Shown piece by piece: positions 25,282 through 38,687 of a stretch of DNA of 64,000 nt (within the stretch, counting starts at the first letter, position 1; each line of letters begins with the position of its first letter). The stretch covers positions 7,874,001 through 7,938,000 of the forward strand of contig CM119386.1 in NCBI GenBank assembly GCA_051294905.1, given 5' to 3'. The notes under the pieces were generated by a model that worked only from the letters and a program-made list of their open reading frames with translations, did no database searches and was not told where the DNA came from. A program made the position numbers and the translations under genes. This stretch comes from Botryllus schlosseri (taxonomy: Eukaryota).

Positions 25282-25849
25282 TAGGGTTGCATTTAAAACA
25301 AATGGTCATGTTTTAAACAGTGTTTTAAACAAAGGCCTTTAAAAATAGTGTGTTTTTAAAGTTGTATAATTATGCCATAAGTATGTAAATAATTTCCAAA
25401 AAACATGTTCAACGAGCCTATACCGACGATTATCCCCCAATATAGCCGACGTATACGATATGGGATGGTTGGAACCCACGAAATAGTCGGTTTAACAGCT
25501 ATAGTATACGTAGATATAGATCATTGGTACGAAATGCATGTTCTGATGATGATGACCGCCGACCGTAAAAATGCTGCATGACAATGTAGTCCTGGTTAAA
25601 GATATTGTTGGTCCTTATATGACAGGGGCTGGAAGCCTATTTCGTCAAAGGAGCTATATTTACCTCACATATTCAATTGTCAGTGTCAATCCACTATGAC
25701 GTCACAATTGAATATTCGTGACGCCATTTCTTAAAAAAAGAAGAACAAAACTACTACTACAACAACAACAACAAAAAACATGTTTTAAACAAAGGCCATG
25801 TTTTAAACATGTTTGTTTGAAATTGATTTTTGTTTTAAACACAACCCTC
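25282..25849 (+). mobile_element. tagggttgcattt TIR element, copy 1
   Basis: TIRs agggttgcatttaaaacaaa / tttgttttaaacacaaccct; tgttttaaac subterminal repeats; homologous to 38688-39158 and 63540-64000. Confidence 0.85.
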
Positions 25850-27499
25850 AGTTTATGCTACGTGTTTATGGGCTGGGCATATATATTACATAGAGAACTC
25901 GCATACAACACTTGTTATAGACTACGCAACGCAGCTCTATGAAACATGTCCGACGCACGGCAATTTCAAATTGGAGTGTATTTTTATAGATAACTAACCT
26001 ACGGAGGTTAGTTATCTATAGCAATTTTGTCTCTGGGGGTCACGTCTGTGCCACTGTCCACTCAGATTACACGGACGGGACTATTCGGTAGCGACCGTTT
26101 CGACGGCTGGACATATCGTTATCGTAGGTTTTAGCCAACCAGCGACGGTCAATTTTGGCCAAGGTTATATCACCGTATATATTTTTGGCACCGCACCTTA
26201 CCCAGCCGTATGCTGGCCAAAACATGTCTTCATGAGCTCCGGCGCCAAAAGGGTTGGCCTCAAAATTTGTACATCATATTCCAATGCCAATCTCCATAAC
26301 AATGAAAAATTCGAGGCTGATTGTGGGAGTTCCAGGGCCACGAGCGGAATAAAATTTATATTTTCGTAATCAGTGCTGAGTCAGCTTTCGATTGATACTC
26401 GTTTTACCAAATTTAATGCTCGGCAAGCCGGTCAAAAATGACCGTCAAATTGCCTGTGATACGTGATACAATTTCATTGAGGCGTGAGATTTGCCTGTGT
26501 CGACACCATATAGGACACCATGGTAATATGCTACGATTTTGCGGACGTGTGACATACAGAGCGCGCACATCACAATTATATCGAACACAGGTCTACAAAA
26601 TATATCTGACGCACGCGATTTCAAATTAGGGTGAATTAAACTCCTAAGCGTGTTGTACTATACTGTCTACTCCGATTGCAAGAACGGGACTATTACCTGC
26701 CGACAACGGAGCATATCCATATCGAAAGTTTGGCCATCCAGCATCGGTAATTTGTGGCCAAGGTTTTGTCGACGCTTATGTTTTGGCACCGTGTTTTATC
26801 AGGCGTTTGTTGGCCAAAACTTTACGTCTTCATGTGCCCCGACGCATAAGGGTTTGGCCCCGAAATGAATGAGTCTCATAGACCCGAACTCGCTCGTTGC
26901 ACATCGCTAGTCCGTACACTAGCTCATCCCTTATCGGTCTTCGACCATGTTTTCCAGAAAAACCAGTCCGACAAATCTTATCATGAATTCTCATGATAAA
27001 GCCATATTTTCTGCGTGTATCGCTTATTGGCTGCAGTACCCAACACCGTGACCTTGGGTTTGTAAAAACTATCGCAGGATTTCTTGCAATAAATTCAACA
27101 AATATTACATACATATTAGCAGATAGCCCTGGCACTATACTCGTGCCTCGCACTAATCGAACAGTTATTACGAGAATATGATGACTGTTTAGCGAAAGAA
27201 AGCAGAAAGTCAATTTGACGTCATTTTTCAGCCTGTCACTTGCTCAGACGGGCTGATATGCTGTAAGTCTGCCACTACACAAGCTTCCAAACCAGGCTTT
27301 TGGTTACGCAATAATCATATACTGCGAAAATATTAATTCACTATGGCGTGTGAGAGATACGATTAGTGGTGGGTCGCAAGTTGAACAAGTTTTTATAATT
27401 GCGTCGCAACAACAAAAGTTACACTGCCCTTGAATTTTTTATTAGGTTTATTTGAATTATTCCAGGTCTGAAAAATTTACAATTATGATTCACGATTTT

Positions 27500-27629
27500 C
27501 ATTCGCACTCATCCGGGATTTTCATTCGCACCGTTTGCACCACCTCCGTCATTCGCACTCATCCGGGATTTTCATTCGCACCGTTCGCAACACCTCCGTC
27601 ATTCGCACTGCAATTTTTTTCATTCGCAC
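27500..27629. repeat. Minisatellite: 50-bp unit x2 with six CATTCGCAC motifs
   Basis: CATTCGCAC at 27500, 27523, 27550, 27573, 27600 and 27621; 27500-27549 is nearly identical to 27550-27599. Confidence 0.9.
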
Positions 27630-29074
27630 AAGTGCGAACCGTCACACAGGTTGAAAAGCACTGCACTAAAGTATCCCAACGGTCTTCGACGGTGTTTACC
27701 AGAGAAACCAATGTCGGACAAATTATATCATGAATTCAAACTATATTCTTTATCATCACCCAAAGGTCGCACATTTTCATGATCAAGCCATACTGCAGTA
27801 AAGCCTGTGTGCGTTTCTTGCTTATTGGCTACAGTAGCAGCACAGTGACCTCGGATATGCATAAGGAAATCACGCAAAGAATTTTTTCGTTGCAAGAATT
27901 TCACGATCGCTCTATGCCTATGGTGCCGTCGCGGCCCAAAATTATACCCTGCGCGACCCATGTTTGGGTCGTGACCCATGCTTTAGGAACCCCCGTCCTA
28001 TACAGCCTAAAGGACTGCTGCATTAGATATCAAAGCGAGGCCTGATATATAGATGCCTGAACCATAGTACGAACTGTAAGAATAAGCAAATCTATAATGC
28101 ATAGTTAAGTCTCGACGTAACAGGGCCTCGCATGTGTTGTCAACTGATATCGCCGATGCTGGACTACATCGCCGTTTCGAGTTGTGAGATAGTAGAAACA
28201 ACCTATTGGGCTTCAAAGAAAAAGTTGTTGAGCTTTGCGGAGCATCATTCATGCTCCAACAAATTAGAATTGAATTCATTACATAATAACCACATTGATG
28301 TCCTTTTCTGATGGTGATGCGATCGTCAATGTAAACCGCCACTTTTTCATTTTATGATACGGCGTCGTATTTCTTTTTAATATTCATATTCAGATGCTGT
28401 AGGCTGCATTTCACTAGATCAGAGTCCCCAATCCATTGCTCTCTGCGGATCGCATCGCGTGTGAAGATTATGTCGCGGTCCAGCTGCCCTTGAAAAGTTC
28501 GTTGTGAATATGAGCCTGTAGCGTCACGTGGTGGTATATTGGCTTTTATTTAAAGCAGAACGGGTAAATTCTCACACAATCCGGAGAGCAACCTACTAAC
28601 CTACCAAGTACCAACCGCTTGCCCTAATCCAGTGGTTACCAACGGACCTTTCGGCCGATAGTTGAGTCGAAATCAACCCTAAGAGATACAGCCTGCTGGT
28701 GACTATAGTTTACTTTTCCCGCGCAATCGCCTTTTTGACTGAACATTTGAACAATAACACAAGCGCCGCGGCTTTAAAGCTCTGTAGGGAAGACATGCCC
28801 AAACGATTTCAAATGTGAACCGCATTGCACTTTGGTAGGTACCGCTCGCCACTTTAGTATCAAAAATTTATCATTAGGTGTGTTGTTGTCCAAAAGCGTG
28901 ACCAGGATTTCAATTTTTATTGATTTATTCCTTTATTTATTATTGTTTTGGGGGAATGGGAGGATTTGATGAGTTGAAGGAAACTGCATAGCCATAGAAC
29001 ACTTTGTCAGCTCTGAAAACGATAGTCTTGGGCCTCCACCCAGACTTCCATGGGGATTTTCGTCAGTATATTAA

Positions 29075-29535
29075 AATTTGAGCGCGTCCGATATCGGACT
29101 TTTGAGCCGATACCGATAAAACTGAGATCTATCAACGTTACTGATAATACCGACATATTCACCGACATTAAAAAAATAGGGCATCTAGCCCAAGACGCAT
29201 TTCCAAAACTCCAGAGCATGTTCCAGAGCACTCGAGTAGTTTTTGTGTTCTTGCATTAAATACTCGAGTGGTTATGGTTTTAGAATCTACACTTCTACTA
29301 GACGTAAAGTGAAATCGATGAGTACGATGACTACTTTGATCACTCCAGCCTGTAAGCTGGTATATATTCCTATTGTGTAACAGTCACAGATTTTATTAGT
29401 TCTCGACCCTACTACCGCGTGTTGCATCGTGATGAAAATTGCCGCTATATTGCGATTGGCCGATACCGATATTTATTCCAAATCTTGATATCGATAAAAT
29501 TGGCAAACCAATAATAATCGGCCGGACTCTAATAT
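29075..29535. mobile_element. ccgata/gataccgat-rich MITE-like element, probably interrupted
   Basis: Clusters of ccgataccgata motifs at 29085-29170 and 29455-29530; right end atcggccggactcta. Confidence 0.45.
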
Positions 29536-29756
29536 TGATACATACAATTCGCAGACATACAAACACACCATTTCCGTAGCGAACCAAATACGGCATTACG
29601 CTATTGACGCAATACTTAACACGCAATGCAATTAATTTACTGTATAGTTGCCCCAAGCGCCAAGAATTTTCAAAGTTAATGAACGATTTTGGTCAATAAT
29701 GTTGTTACTTGGATAATGGATATAGGCTATTGCTTATACGTGATGGTCAGATATAC

Positions 29757-30012
29757 TGTCTGTTTGTTTGTTACTAGGGTATTCATGGTGTTTGTCGACT
29801 ACTATGGTCGTTTACACCAGGCCGATATTCTTCTTATTTTCCGTAACTGTCGACTTATAGCACAGCCCTCCTCTAGACTTTTTTAAGACACCGCTGACGC
29901 GGAGGAGGTGGCGAGGAGGAGCCTCGGAATTAGGAAGTCGACCTCGCTCGGACTCGAACCCGTACCCATTGGTGTTGCAGCCGCGGATTATACCACTGCG
30001 CTATCTCGCCAC
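29757..30012 (-). mobile_element. tRNA-derived SINE, copy 2 (best preserved head)
   Basis: A box TAGCGCAGTGG (30003-29993), B box GGTTCGAGTCC (29960-29950), anticodon-like loop CTGCAAC, (AAAC)n tail. Confidence 0.85.
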
Positions 30013-33000
30013 GTCAGACTTACTGGTTATAGAAAGGGCGTCTCTGAAAATTTAAGGCACTCATGCCACATGACTAAGAGTATTATTTATGAAGCTCTCG
30101 CGAGTTAGCTTCGGGTGGCTGCATTGCTATCTATTTCTTTGCTGAAGCATGTTGTTATTTCGTGACATCCGGTAAAGATTGCCGCTACATGAAAGATATT
30201 GGAATCGGTTACAGTACCAGACGTAATTCTAACTAAAAGAAAAACGCCTTTGGTGAGACACGTGCAATTCTAAACTCGCATTTCTTCACCAGGTGCATTT
30301 GTGCCGAGGACATCAGATTTTAGGGGTGCCATGACTAATCGGTGCGGCCATTTTGGTGCTGTCAGAAGATATCAATATCCCAATACGTCGGTGATTTTGG
30401 GGTCAAGGTTTTATCGCTATCGATCTTTCCGGAAGTGCAATTCGTGGAGCCGCCGGTTTGTCGAAACCTTGATATGTCTTGAATTCTTGATACGTGCAGG
30501 AGTGGAAATACATGTGCCTGATGTTCTCGCACCAGCGGGCTACGCGCCTCTAGAGTGAAGGGTCCATATGGCTTCCATTGATACTAAGAATATCTCATAA
30601 TTACGAATACGGTTTGCCCCAATTTCTGTAACATGCATATTTTTAAATTTTTATAGTTTTCTGGTCAAAAGTAATATTAAAAGCAAGAAATCTAGTGACA
30701 CTAAATCGCGCAAACGGCGCGGAAACTTTTCAAGTTGATTAAACAGTGAAAATTTATAAAAAAAAAAAAAATTGGAATTGGGCATAGCCCTTCTGTCCCA
30801 TGACTGCGCCAGTGGTATTATCTAAGCAACATGAATAAATTAAAATAATATAGGTTGTCCCTTTGCATTGCGGCTACATGCTCTACCTTTGGCATGTTTT
30901 TCTCGGTTGGGTAGCTGTGGATTATATATAAATTAAGTGACTTTGACTTGGATCGAAGAATTTGGTGTATTTTTTCATGTGACTTGAAAAACGGTAAACG
31001 CCTTCACAGCGTCCTCGTCGTGATGGATTCAGCATGACTTTTCCCCACCGAGAAGCAATATCATCGAGAGAGGTTATCGCCACACTTAGCGAATCTGAAC
31101 TTGTTTTTCAAAAATCACGGGGATTTTCGTACGAAAAGGGAAATTTCAAATAGCATGAAACGTGCTTCTAGATAAAAATTAGCGAAATAGAACGCACGCT
31201 TGGAAGCAACTAGTTTGATACTGCAAAATTTCGGCATCAACGATTTAAAAGATTTGGTGAATCCAGGCTAGGTGTAGGCTACCTTCCTTTTACTATCCTT
31301 AGATAATATCACCCCCTAAAAATTTCAAAATTCAACCACGATGCTGCAATTGCATGGCGCACAAGGATTACAAATAAACCCCCGAGAAAGAACCGAGATT
31401 GAACACCGTTCAGTTCAGTCAATTTTGAACAACTCAACTTTCCAAAAATATACGTTAGATGGCGATATAAAGCTATTGACGTATCATACAACTCATACAT
31501 TTGTGAGGGCGATGCCCTTCCTATGAAAAAATAAATATCACAAATGATAATCATAATAAAATTTACCGTTCAACTGTATCCACTCGCACAAAAGTATTAA
31601 TGATCTTTCGCCTATCTTTGGTTTGACACTTCCCCGCTTTTGCCATTCTCTGCCCTGTATTCGTCCTTCGTCGGGTCTTTTCTGGCCTGTTTGCGAAGAA
31701 CAGGGCCAAGGGAAAGAGGAGCCCGCCTCCCCAGACACTTCGTTTTACAGCCGCGATCATAACCGATGGATGGGAATTAATCGACGGCACGAACTCAGTC
31801 TCAATTAGCGATGGGAAAAATCGAATCACAGCTGATTTGGATGCGATGATCAAAATTTTGCTCGAATAGGATCACCAGTTTTCAATGTTTTATTCACAGT
31901 AGTTTACAGTGGGACAGTATAGTCAATAAAACCAAAAGTTGGATGGATTACCATTTCACTATTGCATAACGAAATAAAAAATAATAATCGTGGATCCTAA
32001 CCGTCGTAAAGCGTCACAGTCAAAAATGGAATCATACGGCTAGGAAAATGATTTGAATATAGTGCCCATCCCAAGTCACAGCCACATTTGTTGTACCGCG
32101 GAGTGGTGATATCAAAGCCAATTTAGGTTGGTACCAAATTTATCTCGTCTCGCAATATTTCAGATTATTATTTCGTGGCGTCATCATTTTCGGACATCAC
32201 AATGAACCATGACTTCATTACGTTTCGCATGAACCCCTTTACAGACACGTTTCGGATATGCGGTATTTACAATTAGTTATGTAATTTGACAACAACATCA
32301 CTATTGTGCCAATTTCGAGTGAGCAATGAAATTGTCAGAACAAACTGAATTCGGCTATATTCGGCAATACTAGTTCGAATGAATAGTAAATACCTCTACC
32401 CAACAAAGAGCGCAGTCGCAACTCACAACTGAGTCCAACGACTCGCTAAACGTTTTACTCTAATCGTCATTGAAGTATCTGAAATGATTTGTTTCCCAGC
32501 TATGGGTAAATATTGCAGACAAAAGCAACTAATAAATTATTATCACCTTTGTGTTTAGCCTTGTGTTCATGACACAAAACGAAGCTTGTGTATATTGAGT
32601 GGTGGATATCAGAATGTCGTGAGTTATATGTCAAGCTGCGGGTGTATTCCAATCAATTCAGTAGAAGACAAGGACAGAACCTTTGTAAGTTTACGCGACG
32701 ACAATATTTCCATATTGCTCAATAACAATCCTATACGGCAATGTCATGCAGTACTAGATCATCAGTTATACCTTGTACAATGTACATTGTATGCCTATAA
32801 GGAGCGTGAGAATGCCCCGCAGCAATGCATGCATTACCCATCTAAAAATCGAAATGTCGGGAAGACTAATTAATATATAGTCACATGTGTAGTGTGTACT
32901 ACAGTGGTGCAACATTTTGAAAATGGCGTGATACAATTTCTTCAAAGTAAGCAATCCATGTTTGTCCTCTCTCATTGATATCATATGGTTTTTGTTACAA

Positions 33001-36000
33001 CTTAGCAAACAAGCTGTTGCTTGCGTGAGATTTGTAGTCATTTACACCGGGATCCTGAATCAGGCGTACCGCTACAAACGAAATATCCATCCGATGACGG
33101 TGGGGGCCGCAGACCAGTGATTTACAAACTGTGGCCTTTCAGACGGCCGAGAACTACTTCAGCGTACGTGCATATGTCCTGCATATTTGTGAACTTTGTA
33201 ACTTGAAATAGAAAAAAATGCAATAAATGTCCAAGTCTTTCCGTCAAGTAAGAATATCTCCAGAAAGAAACTATTCTGTTTAAACAAGGTTCATGACCCA
33301 AAAGTTGCTTAACCTTTTCAATGCATACAGATATGTGCAATAATCGAATTTTTGTGTACACCCAGTAAGAAAGCATCGATAACCGCCACCTGCGCGACGC
33401 TGCACATTGATAAACTCTATTCACTTGTCGCGTTAAAATAAATTCCGTATAGAAAGCTTGTTGAGTGCGTTGGAAAAGAATTCGTATTTTAAGCAATGCA
33501 AAGTCAGTTTGAGCTACGAACATTAAAATGTGCTATTTCTCTTATGCCCGAAAGACCTTGCGTCGGGTTCAGGGCACCATGAAAAAATGAGCTTTAGCAC
33601 TACATGAAAATGCACGATTAAATATGCTGGTACATTGGACCTTTCGATTCGAATGCAATTTTTAATGATCTAAATTCTCGTTGAGAATAAATTAATTTTC
33701 AATCCGCAACACATGTGACAAAAGCAATCTATAGAAATTGCAAAAATGTGCCATTCCGAGAGCGAATACAATCGCACAATTTTTTTCCAATGACGAGAAA
33801 CAACCAGCGGGACCTGTGTGGCGAGCAAAACAGTTGAGAGCGCAGCCAATTCCTGGACAACATGTGGCGAAATTTATCAAAATTGTTAAGGAATTTTAGA
33901 ATGCAAATTTGAATTTAAAAAATGAGATTCGATCCCCATCACGCAATACTGTCAGCTGGAAATATTCGGGTTTATTTCAATACGAATTATTTAATAATAT
34001 CCAGATACGATGGATGTGAACGGCTTATATGCTCATTATAGCATACAATCAGGTATTATTATTATTCCAGACTACACAAAAGTCAGGTATCACTGCTATA
34101 GATAATTCGGTCACGTTCAATGTACCTGACAGGCATGTGAATGAAATTGAATTCAAATACTATTTATCCCGGCGAAAGTGTCAATAAGCCTTTCTCAGTG
34201 CGGTGCAATTACATAATAGGCGTATCTCATCTTCGCTGAAACGTTCGGGTCTGTTTCACGAAGGTTGACAAATATAACGTGTGGGCGTTTCCACTATTTA
34301 TACGTCTTTCCCGACCTTTCAACGTATATAATCTCACCTGTAATCGCTCGAAAATGAAATCTTTGACCGCTGCAAAGAGTACAGGTTGATGTTGCTCATT
34401 TGCAGAGGCGATCGAAGTTGTTTGGGATGTTACGTTGGTACGTATCGGTAGAAGTAAAAGTTGTGATGTTATATGTTATTGAATTACAATAAATCAGTCC
34501 AATACTTTTTTTTACGAATTTCAACCATCAATAGCCCAAATTGTCATATGAATATTTGCATTTGGTTACGGCTGCCGACGGCTAGTTCTACAATAAGGAT
34601 GAAAACGTTATAAACTTCACTGCACTTCGTTGTAGACTGTGGAGAAAGCAAAATTCCCCGTGCTTATATTGTGACTGCCCTTACAAATAGAACATGATTC
34701 TTTTTATATTGGAAAATTGCCTTCGAAAACGGTTCAAACAGAAATGGACCTATCAGAAGTATGAAATCACTCTCTTAGCGCAAAGAAGCATCCTATACTT
34801 AGTAAATCAGCTTATGTACTTTGTTACCAATCATCCCCATGCGATTAGTTTAATGTAGCTTTTCTGTAAATAACTATTGCCGTACGTAGCATTACTTCAT
34901 AGGGATGTAATCACATTTGTTTTGCTCTTTAGCTTATCAAATGTGACTCGAGCAAACACACCAATCTGTTTGGTTCTTGTACACACGAACATAAGACTGG
35001 GGACATTTGGTGAAAAGATGAAAAGATTCGAATAATTTTATACCACCAATTTTCCATAGGCGAAATATCTTTATGGTATTTGAAAGGCTTGTTTTGGTGG
35101 GCGTCAGCTAGGTATAACTTAGGTTGAGCAGGTTGATCCGTAGTAACATTGGCCATGTTGCACACGCCTTGTGCCAACAACTCTTACTCGCCTCGTGTGA
35201 AAGGTCATGGTTTGATAGACGCTTGTGCGTAAAAAGAACGTACGACAGCAATGTTTTATTGACTCTAGTACGTGGCATGTTTACTGCCAAAGGATAAATT
35301 GTTGCAATAGCGTAACCTCAATCTTGAGGACGGGTGTTCTTAAATAGATAAGCCGCATAGCACAACGCTCTCGAAATCTTCACATTCGGAAGAAGTTGAT
35401 GTGAGATTTTTCTTGAACTTGTAGGAATAACGATTATTTTGCAGAAAAGGTCAAAACGCACGCAGGAATCAAAAAATCACGCGAATTCAAAATGACCTAC
35501 CGATTACACCGGTCTAAAACAAAGTGTAAACAGAGCGTGTGAAAACATTAAAATCGGGAATTAAAACGATACGGAATAAATGATAATGTAAGGAGGAGAG
35601 GTCTCCAGAGTGTACGTGTTTTTTTTTATAGAATGTTGATTGAGAATTGACCTTGAACAATTGATGTTATATTACTGGTACAACTGCAGGACACGACGCG
35701 TTCATAAATCCGAATTACATCGACAAAATAAGCATTTAAGCGTAAAAGTACATCCACTCATCACATTGCAGTATTGGAAGTTGAAGACTATCACCAAAGC
35801 CCACCGTGACTATGGTGACTACGTGACTATTTTGTCACGCTGTGGCAGTTAGCTGATATTGTGAACGAGATGGGTAATATTACGATATACGGCTCTCACT
35901 TGCAATTTTGATATACGGATTATTGTATGCGATATTTGTCGGAACTGCTGCAAGTAAATTTCCACCGGTGATATATTTTTATATGCCATTGGCTGAAAAT

Positions 36001-36656
36001 GCAATAAAATCGTTCGAATTCTGAATAATATTGTGTACTTGCGGGCAACTATACCAATGAAATGAAAGGTCTTTCAATAATAGCATACACATCTAGGGAA
36101 GGATGAGACCCATTGGTACAGAAACTAATAGTCAATTAGCGATTCTGAGGAATCATTGGTCTCAGAGTAAAACTTATTAGGTTATAATATCTCTTCCTTT
36201 CTGAATCTATTTGATGGTGACAAATTACTGTTTGGCGGTTCGAGACGCTATTATAATAGGAGATTATCTCGGTACGGGCGATTATTTTTACTTTTCGTTA
36301 CTTTGTAATAGTTTAACAGCGTGTAATTATGAAGTAATTTCATCAGCAAATTGCCCATTGAGGTAAATTTTATAATCTGTATCGATGATTCTATCAGTCA
36401 TTACATGCGCGACATATGTTTCACAGTCGCGACATCGTGTAGCGACGGACCATTACGCTTTTCGCACCTGATCTACTCACAGAAACGCTGAAGTGCCAGG
36501 AGCATGGGCTGAAGTGCGGCACGTGGGATTTGAAAGTATTTTGCTGTAAAGTCGATATTACGCTGTCTATGATCTTGAGATGGTGGCAAATCTCCTCAAC
36601 TTACGCTCTTCTTAATGGAGAAGCAATTGAAAAAAGTAATAATGAAATTCGCTAAC

Positions 36657-36965
36657 ATGACGATATATATCCACTCCAAATAATGACAGTTGCTTTCAAT
36701 CTGCATGAGTATATCACCACTTCTATTGTAACCAAGATATCGTTTGGTCGCAGAATATTTAGATTCAGTGTTACTGAATTAGTACCGGTTGGAATGAATT
36801 CAAATTTGCTGTCCTTCGTTTTTTGAGGCATGCATCCTGACGATTTAATCACGTAGCCAGCAATATTCAGGAAAAAAGTTTTTTTGAACAGCCCTAACAT
36901 AACATGCATCTGTACAAAGTTATTGTCCTGTGGAATGACGACCCAGGTGAATCTGAGGACGATAG
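36657..36965 (-). CDS. Candidate isolated symmetric (phase 1-1) exon encoding a ~103-aa beta-rich domain
   Basis: Pyrimidine-rich acceptor tttttctctgtag, open 309-nt frame (AIVLRFTWVVIP...PTGTNSVTLNLNILRPNDILVTIEV...), donor gttagc. No partner exons identified. Confidence 0.3.
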
Positions 36966-38687
36966 CTACAGAGAAAAACAAATTGATCTTGGCATTGGCA
37001 TATATATATATATACACATACCAGTTAAAGATGCTGACCATTCCGTGGGCCACTTATATCCCCACTCATATACTATTCCCATGTGCTTTTTTGTTACTCA
37101 ATCAATTACCACAAACCATATCAAAAAATAGGCATCGATGTATCGAAGACTATGGTCTGCCGGTATAATAACGACTTGGTAAATATGTCAAGATGGGTAC
37201 CATAGGAATTATTACAATAACAGCAATTTTGGGTATGTTTAACGTCATCTGTCAATCCTGTTGATTCGGTATTTACGAAATGGCCGACGGGGACTTTTTA
37301 TCCATCAAACGTTTGTTTTTCTGAGCATGAGTATATGGGACTATCTTTATCTGCAATTTCCCACTTCCCTCGTCATGTTTGGATTTGTGACACAATCAAG
37401 ACGTGACTTTGTGGGGTACATGTTGACTTTTGAGCATATAGGCTCAGTCACTCACACGTTGGGCCAAAAGAAAGACCTACAAGGGACATTAGGAGCTTTC
37501 CTGCGTATATTGCCAAGCGTAAAAGTTAGAGTGGGTGTGGTGGCCATCTGACCATCAAATAACATGCTGCCAACCATAAACGGGAATCTGTTGTGTAGGC
37601 CTATTCAATTCGCGGTATGAGATTTTGAACTTTTGCCGGTGTAGCTCATTTGAATTTGAGAAGTAATCTCATCATGCCCAGCGCTCTCAAGACGTCATTT
37701 TGAATAAACAACAACGTCCAGGTTGTTGCAGGCGTCATTTTAGCATGGAATTCGAAATCGGAAAAGCGCTAACATACAATTATTACTCATTGTGTCTGCT
37801 CGACAATGTAGTTTCGAATAAATTGTCTACTTCTGCCGAGAATTAGCCGCTTTAGCAAACAGAATTTAACTTGTCCACATAAATGTCAATATTGTGCTGA
37901 CGTATTGGGAGATTTCCAGAGCAATCGAGTCGATTCGACGATAATGATATTTATAATGATTTCTTGACGCGCTTGCGGCATCAATATTTTCCTACTGTTT
38001 TACACTATCCATCAGCCTAAAATATACTTCAATATTTCAGGGAGAAAGATGTCATATACAAATATTCAAGTTGGTTTACAATTATAGGACGCATATATCT
38101 TGAACGTATACATTCAAAAGATGATAAATAACTTTCCACTGTGGTATGCCCATATAGGTGACATATTTTAAACTTGCAATTGATTTGTATACTGTATACA
38201 GAAATGGGGATTGTAAGACAATAATAGAATATAATCGACACAACTTAGAAATCTATACAGACCACACGAATGTGTGGGCGTGAGTGTGTGTGTAGTAATA
38301 AATGTTGAAGATTAGGACTGTTACTTTTATTAATGGATTATATCTATACACTTTATGCTTTATATACTTGACACTGGATCGCATAAGGCAAATCATTACC
38401 CAAGGCTCTTAACAGACAGTTCATTTCTCCTATATAATTGCATTGGATCTGTTGTCGGAGTCTTATCGCCAATGTCCTAGAATAACAGGGGAAGAATAGC
38501 AAACTTTGCAGCTGCGCCGATATAGTCCCACGCATACGTTTTCAAGACGGCGACATAAGTATAGGAACGCTGCAGTTTGCCACCAGCTCCTGATTGAGCC
38601 TGAATTTTTGATTTGCAAAGTTTCGCTTTCTGGAACGGTGTATCATAAGTGTGACAGTGTGCAGCTGTGCAGTCACTGGGTCTTCAC

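Larger units (their letters stand above)
25174..27995. mobile_element. Possible ~2.8-kb Charlie-like element containing nested insertions
   Basis: Left end caatgtttcttaaac...gcgaccc and right end gggtcgtgaccc...tttaggaacccccg are complementary Charlie-type ends; flanks tcctacag / tcctatac (6/8). Confidence 0.4.

Noticed and set aside
27500-27629. CRISPR-like array of CATTCGCAC repeats
   Set aside because: The repeat is only 9 bp, the spacers are themselves duplicated, the context is eukaryotic and there are no cas genes; it is a minisatellite.
29940-30012. Functional tRNA-Cys gene
   Set aside because: The acceptor stem does not pair, and the head continues into a repeat body and tail shared with another copy, so it is a SINE.
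33780-33810. TIFSNDEK, resembling the first Asp of a Tc1/mariner DDE motif
   Set aside because: No following D/E motifs or TA-flanked TIRs were identified.
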